Below, piece by piece: positions 30,180 to 39,994 of a stretch of 64,000 bases of DNA. Under the pieces are notes generated by a model. It saw only the letters and a list, made by a program, of their open reading frames with translations, was not told the origin of the DNA and searched no databases. A program made the translations under genes and the position numbers. Each line of letters opens with the position of its first letter. Positions within the stretch are counted from its first letter, which is position 1. Where the stretch lies: the NCBI RefSeq assembly GCF_900116665.1, contig NZ_FPBK01000015.1:1-64000 (forward strand), in the 5' to 3' direction. Source of the DNA: Pustulibacterium marinum. Its GTDB lineage: Bacteria; Bacteroidota; Bacteroidia; Flavobacteriales; Flavobacteriaceae.

Positions 30180-32270
30180 ATGGGAGAAATTTTATCAATT
30201 ATCGGAATGGGTGTAGGGCTTGTTCTGTTTTTGATAGTGGTATATTTTGCCATTATCGCAATGTTTTACAAAAAGGTACATCAGGGACAAGCCTTGGTAC
30301 GTACCGGATTTGGAGGAACCAAAGTAGCAACCGACAAAGGTTTGTACGTGGTGCCGGTTTTCCACAGAGTGGAAGTAATGGATATTTCAGTAAAGAAAAT
30401 TCAAATTGAACGTTTATCGCACGAAGGCTTAATCTGTAAAGACAACATGCGTGCAGATATCAAAGTAGCATTTTTCGTTCGTGTCAACAACGATGTTAAT
30501 TTTATAAAGAAAGTAGCGCAAACCATTGGGGTTGCGAGAGCTTCTCGTATAGAAACTTTGGAAGATTTGTTTGAAGCAAAATTCTCAGAGGCCTTGAAAA
30601 CCGTAGGGAAAAAGTTCGATTTTATTGAATTGTACGAAGCACGTCGTGAATTCCGTGATGAGATTGTAGACATCATCGGTACCGATTTAAACGGATATAC
30701 CTTAGAAGATTGTGCTATTGACTTTTTAGAGCAAACGCCTATTTCGCACTTAAAAGCTGATAACATTTTAGATGCAGAAGGTATTAAAAAGATCACGGAG
30801 CTTACGGCAAATCAAAATGTAAAAGCCAACTTAATCAAACGTGATGAAGAGAAAACCATTCGCAAGCAAGATGTCGAAGCACGCGAAGCGATTCTGGCGT
30901 TAGACAAACAATTGGCTGAAAAAGAAGAGCAACAAAAACGTGAGATTGCCAACATCAAGGCTCGTGAAGAAGCAGAAACCTTGAAAGTAGCCGAAGAAGA
31001 GCGTTTAAAATCAGAATCTGCAAGAATTGCTACGGAAGAAAAAGTAAAAGTAGCCGAAGAAAACATGCAACGTCAAATCATTGTAGCTGCTAAAAATAAA
31101 GAGCGTACCAATGCTATTGAAAACGAGCGTGTAGAAAAAGACAGAATGTTAGAAGCTACCGAAAGAGAACGCGTGGTAACACTGGCTCAGATAGAAAAAG
31201 AGAAAGTAGTAGAGGTAGAGAAGAAGAACATTCAAGATGTGATCAGAGACCGCGTGATGTTAGAAAAAGGCGTGGTAGAAGAGCAAGAAAGCATGAAAGA
31301 TATTGAAGCTTTCAAAACTGCTGATCGTGAGAAGAAAGTGAAGATTACCAATGCCGAAGCGAAAGCGCAGGAAGAATTGATCAAAACTATCAAAGAAGCT
31401 GAAGCGAAGAAAGAAGCAGCAAAACAACGTGCCGAAGAAATCAATATCGAAGCAATGGCGCGCAAAGAAGCCAGCGAAAAAGAAGCCGAAGCACGCAAAA
31501 CATTGGCAGAAGCCAAAGCGAAAGAAGAAGCCATTATTGGTATGTCTGAAGCGCAGGTAATGCATGCAAAAGCAGATGCTAGCGAACGTCAGGGAATTGT
31601 AGATGCATCGATCATTGAGAAGAAAGCAAAAGCCGAAGCTGCAGGAATCGAAGCAAAAGCACAAGCCGAATTGAAAGAAGGAAAAGCACAAGCCGAAGTT
31701 ATCAAAGACAAAGCCTTGGCCGATGCTGCCGGAATTGAAGAAAAAGCGGCTGCCATGAAGAAACTAGACGGTGTTGGTAAAGAACATGAAGAGTTCAAAC
31801 TACGTTTAGATAAAGAATTACAGGTAGACTTGGCAAACATTAATATTCAAAAAGAGATTGCAGACGCACAAGCCTTGGTATTGAGCGATGCCTTGAAAAA
31901 CTCGAAAATTGATATTGTGGGTGGAGAAACCATGTTCTTCGATCAAATTGTTGGACAAATTACCAGAGGTAAAGGAATCGACAGATTGGTACAGAACAGT
32001 GAAAACATTCAGCAAGTAAAAGATTCTATCTTAGGCAGCGATGACATTCAGGGAAACTTACTTGAAAAAGTAAAAGAGTTTTCTGCTAAGTATGGCATCT
32101 CTTCAGAAGACCTAAAGAACTTTACCATCGCTAATTTGTTGATGGATCTTAAAAAGAAATCTAACAGTGACAAAGAACACACCATGTTCAACAATTTGTT
32201 AAACCTGGCACAAGGCTTAGGATTGTCCGATAAAACTGTTGGAAGTATCAAAAGAGAACATTTAAAATAA
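30180..32270 (+). CDS. flotillin / SPFH (band-7) family protein, YqiK/FloT-like, extended
   Basis: N-terminal TM helix. The SPFH domain is ...ALVRTGFGGTKVATDKGLYVVPVFHRVEVMDISVKKIQIE.... A long EA-rich coiled coil follows (KAREEAETLKVAEEERLK...AEAKAQEEL...) and a C-terminal flotillin tail. 696 aa, longer than typical bacterial flotillins. Confidence 0.85.
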   Translation: MGEILSIIGMGVGLVLFLIVVYFAIIAMFYKKVHQGQALVRTGFGGTKVATDKGLYVVPVFHRVEVMDISVKKIQIERLSHEGLICKDNMRADIKVAFFVRVNNDVNFIKKVAQTIGVARASRIETLEDLFEAKFSEALKTVGKKFDFIELYEARREFRDEIVDIIGTDLNGYTLEDCAIDFLEQTPISHLKADNILDAEGIKKITELTANQNVKANLIKRDEEKTIRKQDVEAREAILALDKQLAEKEEQQKREIANIKAREEAETLKVAEEERLKSESARIATEEKVKVAEENMQRQIIVAAKNKERTNAIENERVEKDRMLEATERERVVTLAQIEKEKVVEVEKKNIQDVIRDRVMLEKGVVEEQESMKDIEAFKTADREKKVKITNAEAKAQEELIKTIKEAEAKKEAAKQRAEEINIEAMARKEASEKEAEARKTLAEAKAKEEAIIGMSEAQVMHAKADASERQGIVDASIIEKKAKAEAAGIEAKAQAELKEGKAQAEVIKDKALADAAGIEEKAAAMKKLDGVGKEHEEFKLRLDKELQVDLANINIQKEIADAQALVLSDALKNSKIDIVGGETMFFDQIVGQITRGKGIDRLVQNSENIQQVKDSILGSDDIQGNLLEKVKEFSAKYGISSEDLKNFTIANLLMDLKKKSNSDKEHTMFNNLLNLAQGLGLSDKTVGSIKREHLK

Positions 32271-32387
32271 GGGTTGGGGAATCCTGTTGCATGTTACGCC
32301 TGGCCTCCGGGTTGGGAGTAGCATGCTATATTTTGAATGTGAATACTAACAGGAAACTTTTAAAATCGAAAGTTTCCGTTTACCGTT

Positions 32388-35300
32388 ATGAATTTACGTA
32401 TGCAAGAAGAAGATAAAAAACAACCTGATGCGCAAGTGCTCGAAGGCGGAACCTATGAGATTATTCAGGGCCGTTTGCAAAAGCAAAAGCAGGATCTTCA
32501 GCAACGCTTACAACGGTTAAATGAAGATCGTAAAAAGGTATTTGGTTCGTTAGAAACCAAACTGTTGGCCAACAATCGCGTCAGTACAGAAAACAATTGT
32601 ATTACCCGCGACATTGTTACCATAGAATCCTATTGCATTTTTGGCTATAATGTGCATTTCGGACTGCGAACAGAGATTACACTGTCCGATGTGTTCAGTA
32701 TTTATCAGTACCAGGAGCAGCAATTTAAAACGGTGGATTTATCGTTGTTACAAGACGAAACCTTTATCACCGATTTTACGAATCTTTATAAATACTATCG
32801 CAATACCATATTTGCTAAGTTCTCTGTTATTGGGAATTACCTCTATATGGTGTTTCAATTAAGCGATAGTGTAACCGATATCAAAGCGTTTAAATGGTTG
32901 ATCAAAGATGGGCAATTGCACTACATTGACAACCGAAGCGACCATGAGGTAAAATATCCTGCGCAGCACGAATTTAAATGGTTGGAAGCAGGCCGCGATA
33001 ATCAGCGTTACGGCGAACATGCCCATGTTTCCATTTTAGATAAGGTTTTTGTAGAAACCATTGGTGGCGATCTTACCATTAAGGTGGAAGACAATACCAA
33101 CGACGGACAAGGGATTTATTCCGAACCTGTTGAAATGGTAGATCAAACCCTGGATGACGGACAATTCCGTTATGCAGACTTGGGTAACTTGATTGCATTA
33201 GAGATCAAACCCTTTCAGGAGGCACCCCGCTATTTTGTCTACAATCACAAGATCAAAGAGGTGCAAAAGATTGAGAGCATCAAGGAAGCCGCCATCTTAT
33301 TACCGGACGAACAGGGGATTATTTTCCCGAATGGCTATTATTTACAAACCGGAGAGTATCAGGTTTTTGATAGCGATACCGATAACCTGAAGTTTTTAAA
33401 ACGCATTGCTTCGCCAAATGGGGAAGATTACCTGTTTGTGTTCTACGGAGCTGCTTTGGGCACTTATGTCCTCATGCAATACAACGTTATTGAGCAAACC
33501 GTGCAAACACCTATCATTTGTAATGGTTTTACCATTCATGGGAATGGTGAATTGTGCTACTTTAAACAGGAAGAAGAGCAAACCAAACACCACATGATGC
33601 AGATTTGGCAAACACCTTTCTTAAAAGGAGATATTATGCCGTCTCAGCATCAAGATACCTTGTTGTACAAGATAGGGAATAAGGATATTGTGCGTGCTAT
33701 GGCCGAGTCTCAGGAGTTGATCAACTTGTTAAGCAAAGAAGATTCCTATAGCGGATTGTATGCAGACATTGCCAAGCTTTCCAAAGACATTTTAGATGCC
33801 TATTATTGGTTAACGGAGGAAGAAACCCAGCAATTAAAACTGCCCTTAGCAGAGATCAACAAAGCTGCGAATGCCGCTATTGATGAGTTTGCCAAAGTGG
33901 TACAATTAAAGAAGACTGCCGGAAAAGAAACCGAAGTATTACAAGGCAAAGCCGATGCTGTTTTTGGCAAGGTGAAAAGCACTTCCTTTAAATCGATTGA
34001 CGATTTTGTGTTGTTGCTCAACCAATTGCGAACATTGCGTGGCGAAGCCATTGGTTTGTACGAGATCAGGTATGTAGATACGCAATTTATCAAAGGGATA
34101 GAGGAAGAAATCGCCGCACATACCCAAAAAATATCAGAGCGTTGTGTGCAGTTTTTGCTAGACGACAAAGCTTTGGCTCCATATCATGAAAGAGTAGCCG
34201 AAAAAGAGCAGCACTTAGCCGAAATTCACAAAGTAATCGATGCTAAAAAGCTGGAAGAAGAGGTAAATCAGATTGCGAACGATCTGGAGATGTTAATCGA
34301 TATTGTTTCCAATCTTTCTATTGAAGATACTTCGCACTCTACCAAGATTATTGACAATATTTCGTTGATTTTCGCCACTTTAAATCAGTTAAAGGCGGGC
34401 ATTAAAAACAAACGCAAGTCACTGGGTAGCAAAGAAGCCAAAGCCGATTTTGTAGCACAGTTAAAACTGGCCGATCAAAGTATCATCAATTACTTAGATA
34501 TTGCTGATACGGTGGAGAAGTGTGATGAATTTCAAACGAAGATCACCATTCAGTTAGAAGAGCTGGAAGGGAAGTTTGCCGATTACGAAGAATTCATTGC
34601 ACAGATCATTGAAAAGCGCGAAGAGGTGTACAATGCCTTTGAAGGCAGAAAAACCGCCATTGCAGAAAAGCGTAACAAAAAGAGTTTAGCGCTGGAGAAT
34701 GCCGCCGATCGTATTTTAAAAGGAGTTGACAAACGAGCGCAAAGCTTGGGCAGCAACACCGAGATCAATGGGTATTTTGCTTCGGATTTAATGGTGAACA
34801 AGTTGCGCGATATTGTGCAGCAGTTAAAAGAATTAGACGATACCGGAAGGGCCGAAGAAATAGAAACCAAGCTAAAAGTGGCCCGCGAGGATGCCTTACG
34901 CAAGTTAAAAGACAAACTTGAGTTGTACGAAGACGGTGATAAGGTGATCAAGTTTGGGAAACATAAGTTTGGGGTTAACAAGCAGGTGTTAGACCTTACC
35001 ATTGTGTACAAAAATAATAGTTTGCAGTACCATTTAACCGGAACCGACTTTTACGAAACGGTAACCGACAAAACCTTGTTGAATTCCCGCCAGTTATGGG
35101 AACAGGAATATATTTCGGAGAACAATGCCGTGTATCGTAGTGCCTATTTGGCGTATAAATTGTTTACCAGCATTCCTTCCGAAGTCTTGGAAAACGCTAC
35201 TTCCGAAGAATTGTTAAAGATAGTGCAGGAAGAGAGCAGCAGTAATTATTCCGAAGGGTATATCAAAGGCGTGCACGATGTTGATGCAGCCGCTATTTTG

Positions 35301-37274
35301 GAAACCTTGGTGAAAAAGCATGCCAAATTGGGCTTGTTAAGCTTTGATCCGCAGGTGAGAGCCGCTGCACAATTCTTTTGGCATAGTTTAGATACCGAAG
35401 TACAACAGAATTATGACGAATTACTCAAAGCTTCGGGCGCTGTACTCAGCATTTTTCCGGAGTCTAGAGAGTATGAGTTCTTATTGTTAGAGCTTACAGA
35501 TTATATAGCTGATTTTTCGGTGGAATCTGGTTTGTTTGCTGAAGAACTCAGCGCTGAGGTGGCTACGTATTTGTTTGACGAACTCAAAACTGATGCTACG
35601 TTTATGGTCAGTGGCGATGCTTTGAAGCTAAAAGAAGATTTTCTAAAAGCTTTACAAAGCAAACAGGCCGACCTTCAGTTTAGAAACAGTTATGAGAAGC
35701 TCAGCAACTTTGAAGCGCAGGTACGTTTGGTGCGCCAATGGGTAACTTCCTTCATCAAATCGCATCAAAATGAATATGATGTGGCGTATGCTGATGAGGT
35801 GGTGTGTACTTTGTTGTTTGATACCAAAGCGGTACAGAAAAACACCTATGCGCCAGCCACTACGGTGATAGAAGGACTGAAGGGAGACCATGCCAGCATT
35901 AACGATGGTGTGTATGCGTTCAATTACCATGCGTTCACGCGTTTGTTGGCTACGTATGTGGCCGAAACAGTGCCGGCATTTCAGGAATTTAAAAAGGCAA
36001 AACACGAAGTCACCGAAACTTTGAAAGCCGAACTGAAATTACAAGAGTTAAAACCTAGAGTATTGACGTCTTTTGTGCGTAACAAGCTCATAGACCAGGT
36101 ATACTTGCCGTTGTTTGGCGATAATTTGGCCAAACAATTGGGTACGGTGGGCGATAACAAACGTACCGACCGTATGGGAATGCTCTTATTACTGTCGCCA
36201 CCCGGATACGGAAAAACAACCTTGATGGAATACATGGCCAACCGTTTGGGCTTGGTGTTTATGAAGATTAACGGACCCGCTATTGGTCATGAAGTAACCT
36301 CGGTAGACCCGGCATCGGCTACTAATTCTGCGGCACGCGAAGAGTTAAAGAAACTCAACCTTGCTTTAGAGATGGGCAACAATGTAATGCTGTATTTAGA
36401 TGATATTCAGCATTGCAATCCGGAGTTTTTACAGAAGTTTATTTCGCTTTCCGATGGTACCCGTCGTATAGAAGGGGTGTACAAAGAGAAACCCAAAACC
36501 TACGACCTGCGTGGGAAGAAGTTTTGTGTAATTATGGCCGGAAACCCGTATACCGAAAGCGGTGAAAAGTTCCGTATACCCGATATGTTGGCCAACCGTG
36601 CCGATATTTACAATCTGGGTGACATTATTGGCGATACCGCACATTTGTTTAAACTTAGTTTGATAGAGAATGCGTTGACATCGAACCCGGTGTTGCAGCA
36701 ATTGAGCAGTAAGTATTTTGACGATGTGTACAAATTGCTAGATAAGGTAGAAAACAAAAATCTGGAGGTGCAACTAGAGGGCAACCACACCACGCAAGAG
36801 ATAGAAGAGTACGTAGCGGTGATAGAAAAGGTGGTTACCATACGCAATACGGTGTTAAAGGTGAACGAAACCTATATAAAATCGGCTGCGATGGAAGACG
36901 AATACCGTACCGAACCTTCGTTTAAACTGCAAGGCTCGTATAGAGATATGAACAAACTGGTAAGCAAGGTAGTACCTATTATGAATGAGGCCGAATTGCA
37001 GCGCCTGTTGCTATCGCATTACGAGAGTGAGTCGCAAACCTTAACCTCGGCTGCCGAAGCCAACCTGTTAAAGTACAAAGAACTCATAGGTGAGCTCAAT
37101 ACCACCGAGCAAGACCGTTGGGACAGTATTAAAGTAACGTTTCAGAAAAACAACAAGCTCAAAGGCTTTGGAAACCAAAACGAAATGGCACAAGTACTTA
37201 CCCAAATGATGGCTTTTACCGATAATCTGGAAGGCATTAAAAAAGTATTAGAACAAGGACTCAAAAACGAGTAA
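32388..37274 (+). CDS. giant (1,628-aa) multidomain protein: aromatic/Cys-rich N-terminal globular region, ~800-aa coiled coil, C-terminal AAA_5 (MoxR/dynein-like) P-loop ATPase
   Basis: Walker A LLLLSPPGYGKTTL (nt ~36200-36223). Walker B VMLYLDDIQ. Sensor-1 FCVIMAGNPYTE. A putative Arg finger in IPDMLANRADIY. This pattern matches AAA_5/MoxR (DEINRA...ATQNP). Residues ~430-1230 are heptad-rich and helical. Residues ~60-420 are rich in Y/F/W/C (ESYCIFGYNVHFG, ICNGFTIHGNGELCYF). A strong terminator follows. Confidence 0.75.
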   Translation: MNLRMQEEDKKQPDAQVLEGGTYEIIQGRLQKQKQDLQQRLQRLNEDRKKVFGSLETKLLANNRVSTENNCITRDIVTIESYCIFGYNVHFGLRTEITLSDVFSIYQYQEQQFKTVDLSLLQDETFITDFTNLYKYYRNTIFAKFSVIGNYLYMVFQLSDSVTDIKAFKWLIKDGQLHYIDNRSDHEVKYPAQHEFKWLEAGRDNQRYGEHAHVSILDKVFVETIGGDLTIKVEDNTNDGQGIYSEPVEMVDQTLDDGQFRYADLGNLIALEIKPFQEAPRYFVYNHKIKEVQKIESIKEAAILLPDEQGIIFPNGYYLQTGEYQVFDSDTDNLKFLKRIASPNGEDYLFVFYGAALGTYVLMQYNVIEQTVQTPIICNGFTIHGNGELCYFKQEEEQTKHHMMQIWQTPFLKGDIMPSQHQDTLLYKIGNKDIVRAMAESQELINLLSKEDSYSGLYADIAKLSKDILDAYYWLTEEETQQLKLPLAEINKAANAAIDEFAKVVQLKKTAGKETEVLQGKADAVFGKVKSTSFKSIDDFVLLLNQLRTLRGEAIGLYEIRYVDTQFIKGIEEEIAAHTQKISERCVQFLLDDKALAPYHERVAEKEQHLAEIHKVIDAKKLEEEVNQIANDLEMLIDIVSNLSIEDTSHSTKIIDNISLIFATLNQLKAGIKNKRKSLGSKEAKADFVAQLKLADQSIINYLDIADTVEKCDEFQTKITIQLEELEGKFADYEEFIAQIIEKREEVYNAFEGRKTAIAEKRNKKSLALENAADRILKGVDKRAQSLGSNTEINGYFASDLMVNKLRDIVQQLKELDDTGRAEEIETKLKVAREDALRKLKDKLELYEDGDKVIKFGKHKFGVNKQVLDLTIVYKNNSLQYHLTGTDFYETVTDKTLLNSRQLWEQEYISENNAVYRSAYLAYKLFTSIPSEVLENATSEELLKIVQEESSSNYSEGYIKGVHDVDAAAILETLVKKHAKLGLLSFDPQVRAAAQFFWHSLDTEVQQNYDELLKASGAVLSIFPESREYEFLLLELTDYIADFSVESGLFAEELSAEVATYLFDELKTDATFMVSGDALKLKEDFLKALQSKQADLQFRNSYEKLSNFEAQVRLVRQWVTSFIKSHQNEYDVAYADEVVCTLLFDTKAVQKNTYAPATTVIEGLKGDHASINDGVYAFNYHAFTRLLATYVAETVPAFQEFKKAKHEVTETLKAELKLQELKPRVLTSFVRNKLIDQVYLPLFGDNLAKQLGTVGDNKRTDRMGMLLLLSPPGYGKTTLMEYMANRLGLVFMKINGPAIGHEVTSVDPASATNSAAREELKKLNLALEMGNNVMLYLDDIQHCNPEFLQKFISLSDGTRRIEGVYKEKPKTYDLRGKKFCVIMAGNPYTESGEKFRIPDMLANRADIYNLGDIIGDTAHLFKLSLIENALTSNPVLQQLSSKYFDDVYKLLDKVENKNLEVQLEGNHTTQEIEEYVAVIEKVVTIRNTVLKVNETYIKSAAMEDEYRTEPSFKLQGSYRDMNKLVSKVVPIMNEAELQRLLLSHYESESQTLTSAAEANLLKYKELIGELNTTEQDRWDSIKVTFQKNNKLKGFGNQNEMAQVLTQMMAFTDNLEGIKKVLEQGLKNE

Positions 37275-37286
37275 CCTACTATACAC

Positions 37287-37323
37287 AAAACCCCTTTGCT
37301 ATAACTAGTAAAGGGGTTTTTTA
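37287..37323 (+). terminator. rho-independent terminator after the giant ATPase gene
   Basis: aaaacccctttgc-tataactagt-aaaggggtttttt. Confidence 0.75.
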
Positions 37324-37480
37324 TGGTTTGTTATTACTTATATTTCTACGGTTATGAAGTATTTGCTATCTTTTCACAGCATTTTTTAGGAATACTATTT
37401 CATAACTAACACTTACTAACGCTAGGCTAGATAAAAGAATGTGTAGAAGTTTTGTAAATGGATTCTTGATTAAAAATACA

Positions 37481-37915
37481 TTATGGTAACTCATGTGCAT
37501 TTTCATAATCTTCTTGTGTAATGGTAAATTCATAGGTATGCCCTTCTGTATTGATGAATTTTTCTGAAGTAGTCCAGGGCCAATTTTCATTTCCAAAACC
37601 TAAGGATTCATCTCCGCCAATGCTAGTGATGTATCCTTTTCCATTAGGAAATACAAATTGTATAGAATCTATACCGCATATACCATAACCAGCAAAACCA
37701 ATATCTTCATATAAACATTCCTGACCTTTTTCTCCGGCTTGTAAAGAAGTAGTATTTATATCTGTACTATTTTCATAGGTAATAACTTCTAAAACTTCGG
37801 AACTATTATTTTTAATAAATAATCTATAATATTCATATTTACCTTTTTGAGAACAAGAAGAAAGTACTCCTAAAAGAAGTAAATAAAAGATTGGTAGTAT
37901 ACTTTTTAATCGCAT
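37481..37915 (-). CDS. hypothetical lipoprotein
   Basis: MRLKSILPIFYLLLLGVLSSCSQ lipobox. 144 aa. Its start overlaps the stop of the upstream metalloprotease-like gene by 10 nt. Confidence 0.5.
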   Translation of the reverse strand: MRLKSILPIFYLLLLGVLSSCSQKGKYEYYRLFIKNNSSEVLEVITYENSTDINTTSLQAGEKGQECLYEDIGFAGYGICGIDSIQFVFPNGKGYITSIGGDESLGFGNENWPWTTSEKFINTEGHTYEFTITQEDYENAHELP

Positions 37916-39771
37916 ATGTTATACATGTATTGGTTAAATAATTCATTTATGGCAGCATCATCATTTCCATTAATATTCATTATACGTTTTTTCCATCCGT
38001 CAATACCTCTTGAGATATTGAGTGCTGATTGAATTTGAGATAGAGTATAACCAGAAACATTATCAATAGGTTGTACTCCACTCCAAAATCCTGGTGTATT
38101 TTGGTTAAGGTTATCTATTAAATCTACTACAATTGGAGTATACTCGTCAATATCAGCAATAGTTAGAGTTTGTAAACGGTCATTATGGTTTGTTAACCCA
38201 GCATTGAATAAATTAGCGTTATTTTGAGCTTGAGTAGAAACATAATTATTAGAAAGTTGATTGTATCTGTCATTTGTTAAAATAGTTTCTGCGCCTTCTG
38301 CCCAGCTTTCTGCCATAGGTCCTATTCGTTCACATGATGGCCAATTAGCAAAGAAATTTCGATCTAGTCTATAATGACTAGCATGTGTCATTTCATGAAC
38401 TACAGTTCCATATATTCTATCACTACCAGCATATGTGCCTTGACTTTTTCTTCCAACTCGTATTTCTGAATAAAATGATAAAAGAGGAATAAATGGTATT
38501 TGTCCATTAGGGTTTATATCTAAATGATTGGATTGCCCTATTGTATTATTGAATTTAGCACTTATTCGTAACCAACTTTGATTTGGTTTTTTTAACCCAA
38601 ATGTATTGACTGCTCTAGAATAATAATCATATGCTGCATTATGAACTAATGCATAAAAATGACTTCTAACCCCTGTATTATTAAAATCCTGATACCAACA
38701 TTTTCTTTTATACTTACGATGACCTCTATGTCTTGCATCCCAAAATATTGTACCTGCTTTCACTTTAAAACGTTTATCTGAATTTCTAAAGTAAACAGCG
38801 TATTTCACTCTTTTTGTTCTTGTGCTTGATGTTTGAAAATCTCCATTATTATTGGTGTATGCTTTACGTATCACCAACCAACCCCATTTACGTACTTTAA
38901 CTCTTGCTCCTGCTACACCTATGTTTTGGTTTAGAACATCTTCTCTAACTGTAATTCTACCACAAGGATTCCATTTTCTTCTTCTTCCAAATAGTCTAGA
39001 TTCTTGTATATTATCTAGCTCATTTGGTTCTAGTTCATAGTTTATTTGTACATCTTTAACTTTTAATCCTAATCTTTTTAAATCATCATATGTTAATTTT
39101 TCACTAGGATCATTTAAAAAATATGTATGTTCAAATTTTTCATCTTCTTCTAGATTATCAGATATTTTTAATGCTTCTGTATTAAGATCTTCATAAAAAT
39201 CAAGAATTTGTTCTTCTGTAGTAGATGGTGAATCTCTAATTTCATCTTCCTTAGTAAAATGGAGATTATCAATTATTGTATATGGAACATTTGTAGGTAT
39301 TGTATAATTTATAGGTACAACAGAATAGTAAGCTGTAAATGTACTATCAATAGTTCTAGGATCTAAATAAACAGAACCTTCACTTATTACTTCATATTCA
39401 AAAGGTTCATCAGATACGGCTAATATAGTATCATTAATGATTTTATTATATTGAATACTATCTTGAGGTTGAAATTTTACATATAAATGTGTTCTATTTA
39501 TATTGTAATATCCATTTGGGTGTTTTATAGCAGTAGGGTTTTTTAAAAGGTTTTTATAAGCATTAGACATATTTTCAGTAGAACAAGGTATTTCTTTTTT
39601 ATTACCTAGCACAGTAAATTTGCCATCCCCACTTGTCCCTCGAGCAAACTCACTATTATATTGTGATGTGTAAGTGGTTGTATCTTCATAGATATCATCT
39701 TGATTACAAGATATTATTAAACCTAATTGTAATAGGAGTAAAATAAAAATAAATTTAAGTTTTTTTATTGT
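37906..39771 (-). CDS. putative zinc-metalloprotease lipoprotein (HExxH), probably with a non-ATG or mutated start
   Basis: HEMTHASHY (HExxH) with a downstream Glu (AESWAEG), suggesting a gluzincin. The ORF track starts at a GTG (39612). The same frame continues upstream without a stop, encoding IKKLKFIFILLLLQLGLIISCNQDD, a textbook lipoprotein signal peptide. Its first codon is ATA (39769-39771); there is no in-frame ATG/GTG/TTG before the stop at ~39787. Confidence 0.5.
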   Translation of the reverse strand, partial: TIKKLKFIFILLLLQLGLIISCNQDDIYEDTTTYTSQYNSEFARGTSGDGKFTVLGNKKEIPCSTENMSNAYKNLLKNPTAIKHPNGYYNINRTHLYVKFQPQDSIQYNKIINDTILAVSDEPFEYEVISEGSVYLDPRTIDSTFTAYYSVVPINYTIPTNVPYTIIDNLHFTKEDEIRDSPSTTEEQILDFYEDLNTEALKISDNLEEDEKFEHTYFLNDPSEKLTYDDLKRLGLKVKDVQINYELEPNELDNIQESRLFGRRRKWNPCGRITVREDVLNQNIGVAGARVKVRKWGWLVIRKAYTNNNGDFQTSSTRTKRVKYAVYFRNSDKRFKVKAGTIFWDARHRGHRKYKRKCWYQDFNNTGVRSHFYALVHNAAYDYYSRAVNTFGLKKPNQSWLRISAKFNNTIGQSNHLDINPNGQIPFIPLLSFYSEIRVGRKSQGTYAGSDRIYGTVVHEMTHASHYRLDRNFFANWPSCERIGPMAESWAEGAETILTNDRYNQLSNNYVSTQAQNNANLFNAGLTNHNDRLQTLTIADIDEYTPIVVDLIDNLNQNTPGFWSGVQPIDNVSGYTLSQIQSALNISRGIDGWKKRIMNINGNDDAAINELFNQYMYNICD

Positions 39772-39994
39772 TTTATTTATTAGTTAATAATAAGTTTTAC
39801 AAATGTAAGTATAAATGTGTTAAATTAACGTTTCTTTAATATTATTATACGTAAAAACTTATTTTACAACGTAGTCTATTGAGGTGAGGTGAGTGAGTTA
39901 AATCCTATATATAATTATACAATTTTTACCCTAAAACGTACCAATAAAAAACCGCTGCATACACAAGGCATACAGCGGTTGGGTTGGGTAGGGA

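Noticed and set aside
30401-31840. Multiple antisense ORFs (30401..30796, 30812..31066, 31232..31534, 31260..31691, 31589..31840) within the flotillin gene
   Set aside because: They are low-complexity (Ala/Ser/Phe-rich) reverse-frame artefacts of the EA-rich coiled-coil coding repeats. The sense-strand SPFH/flotillin ORF is clearly real.
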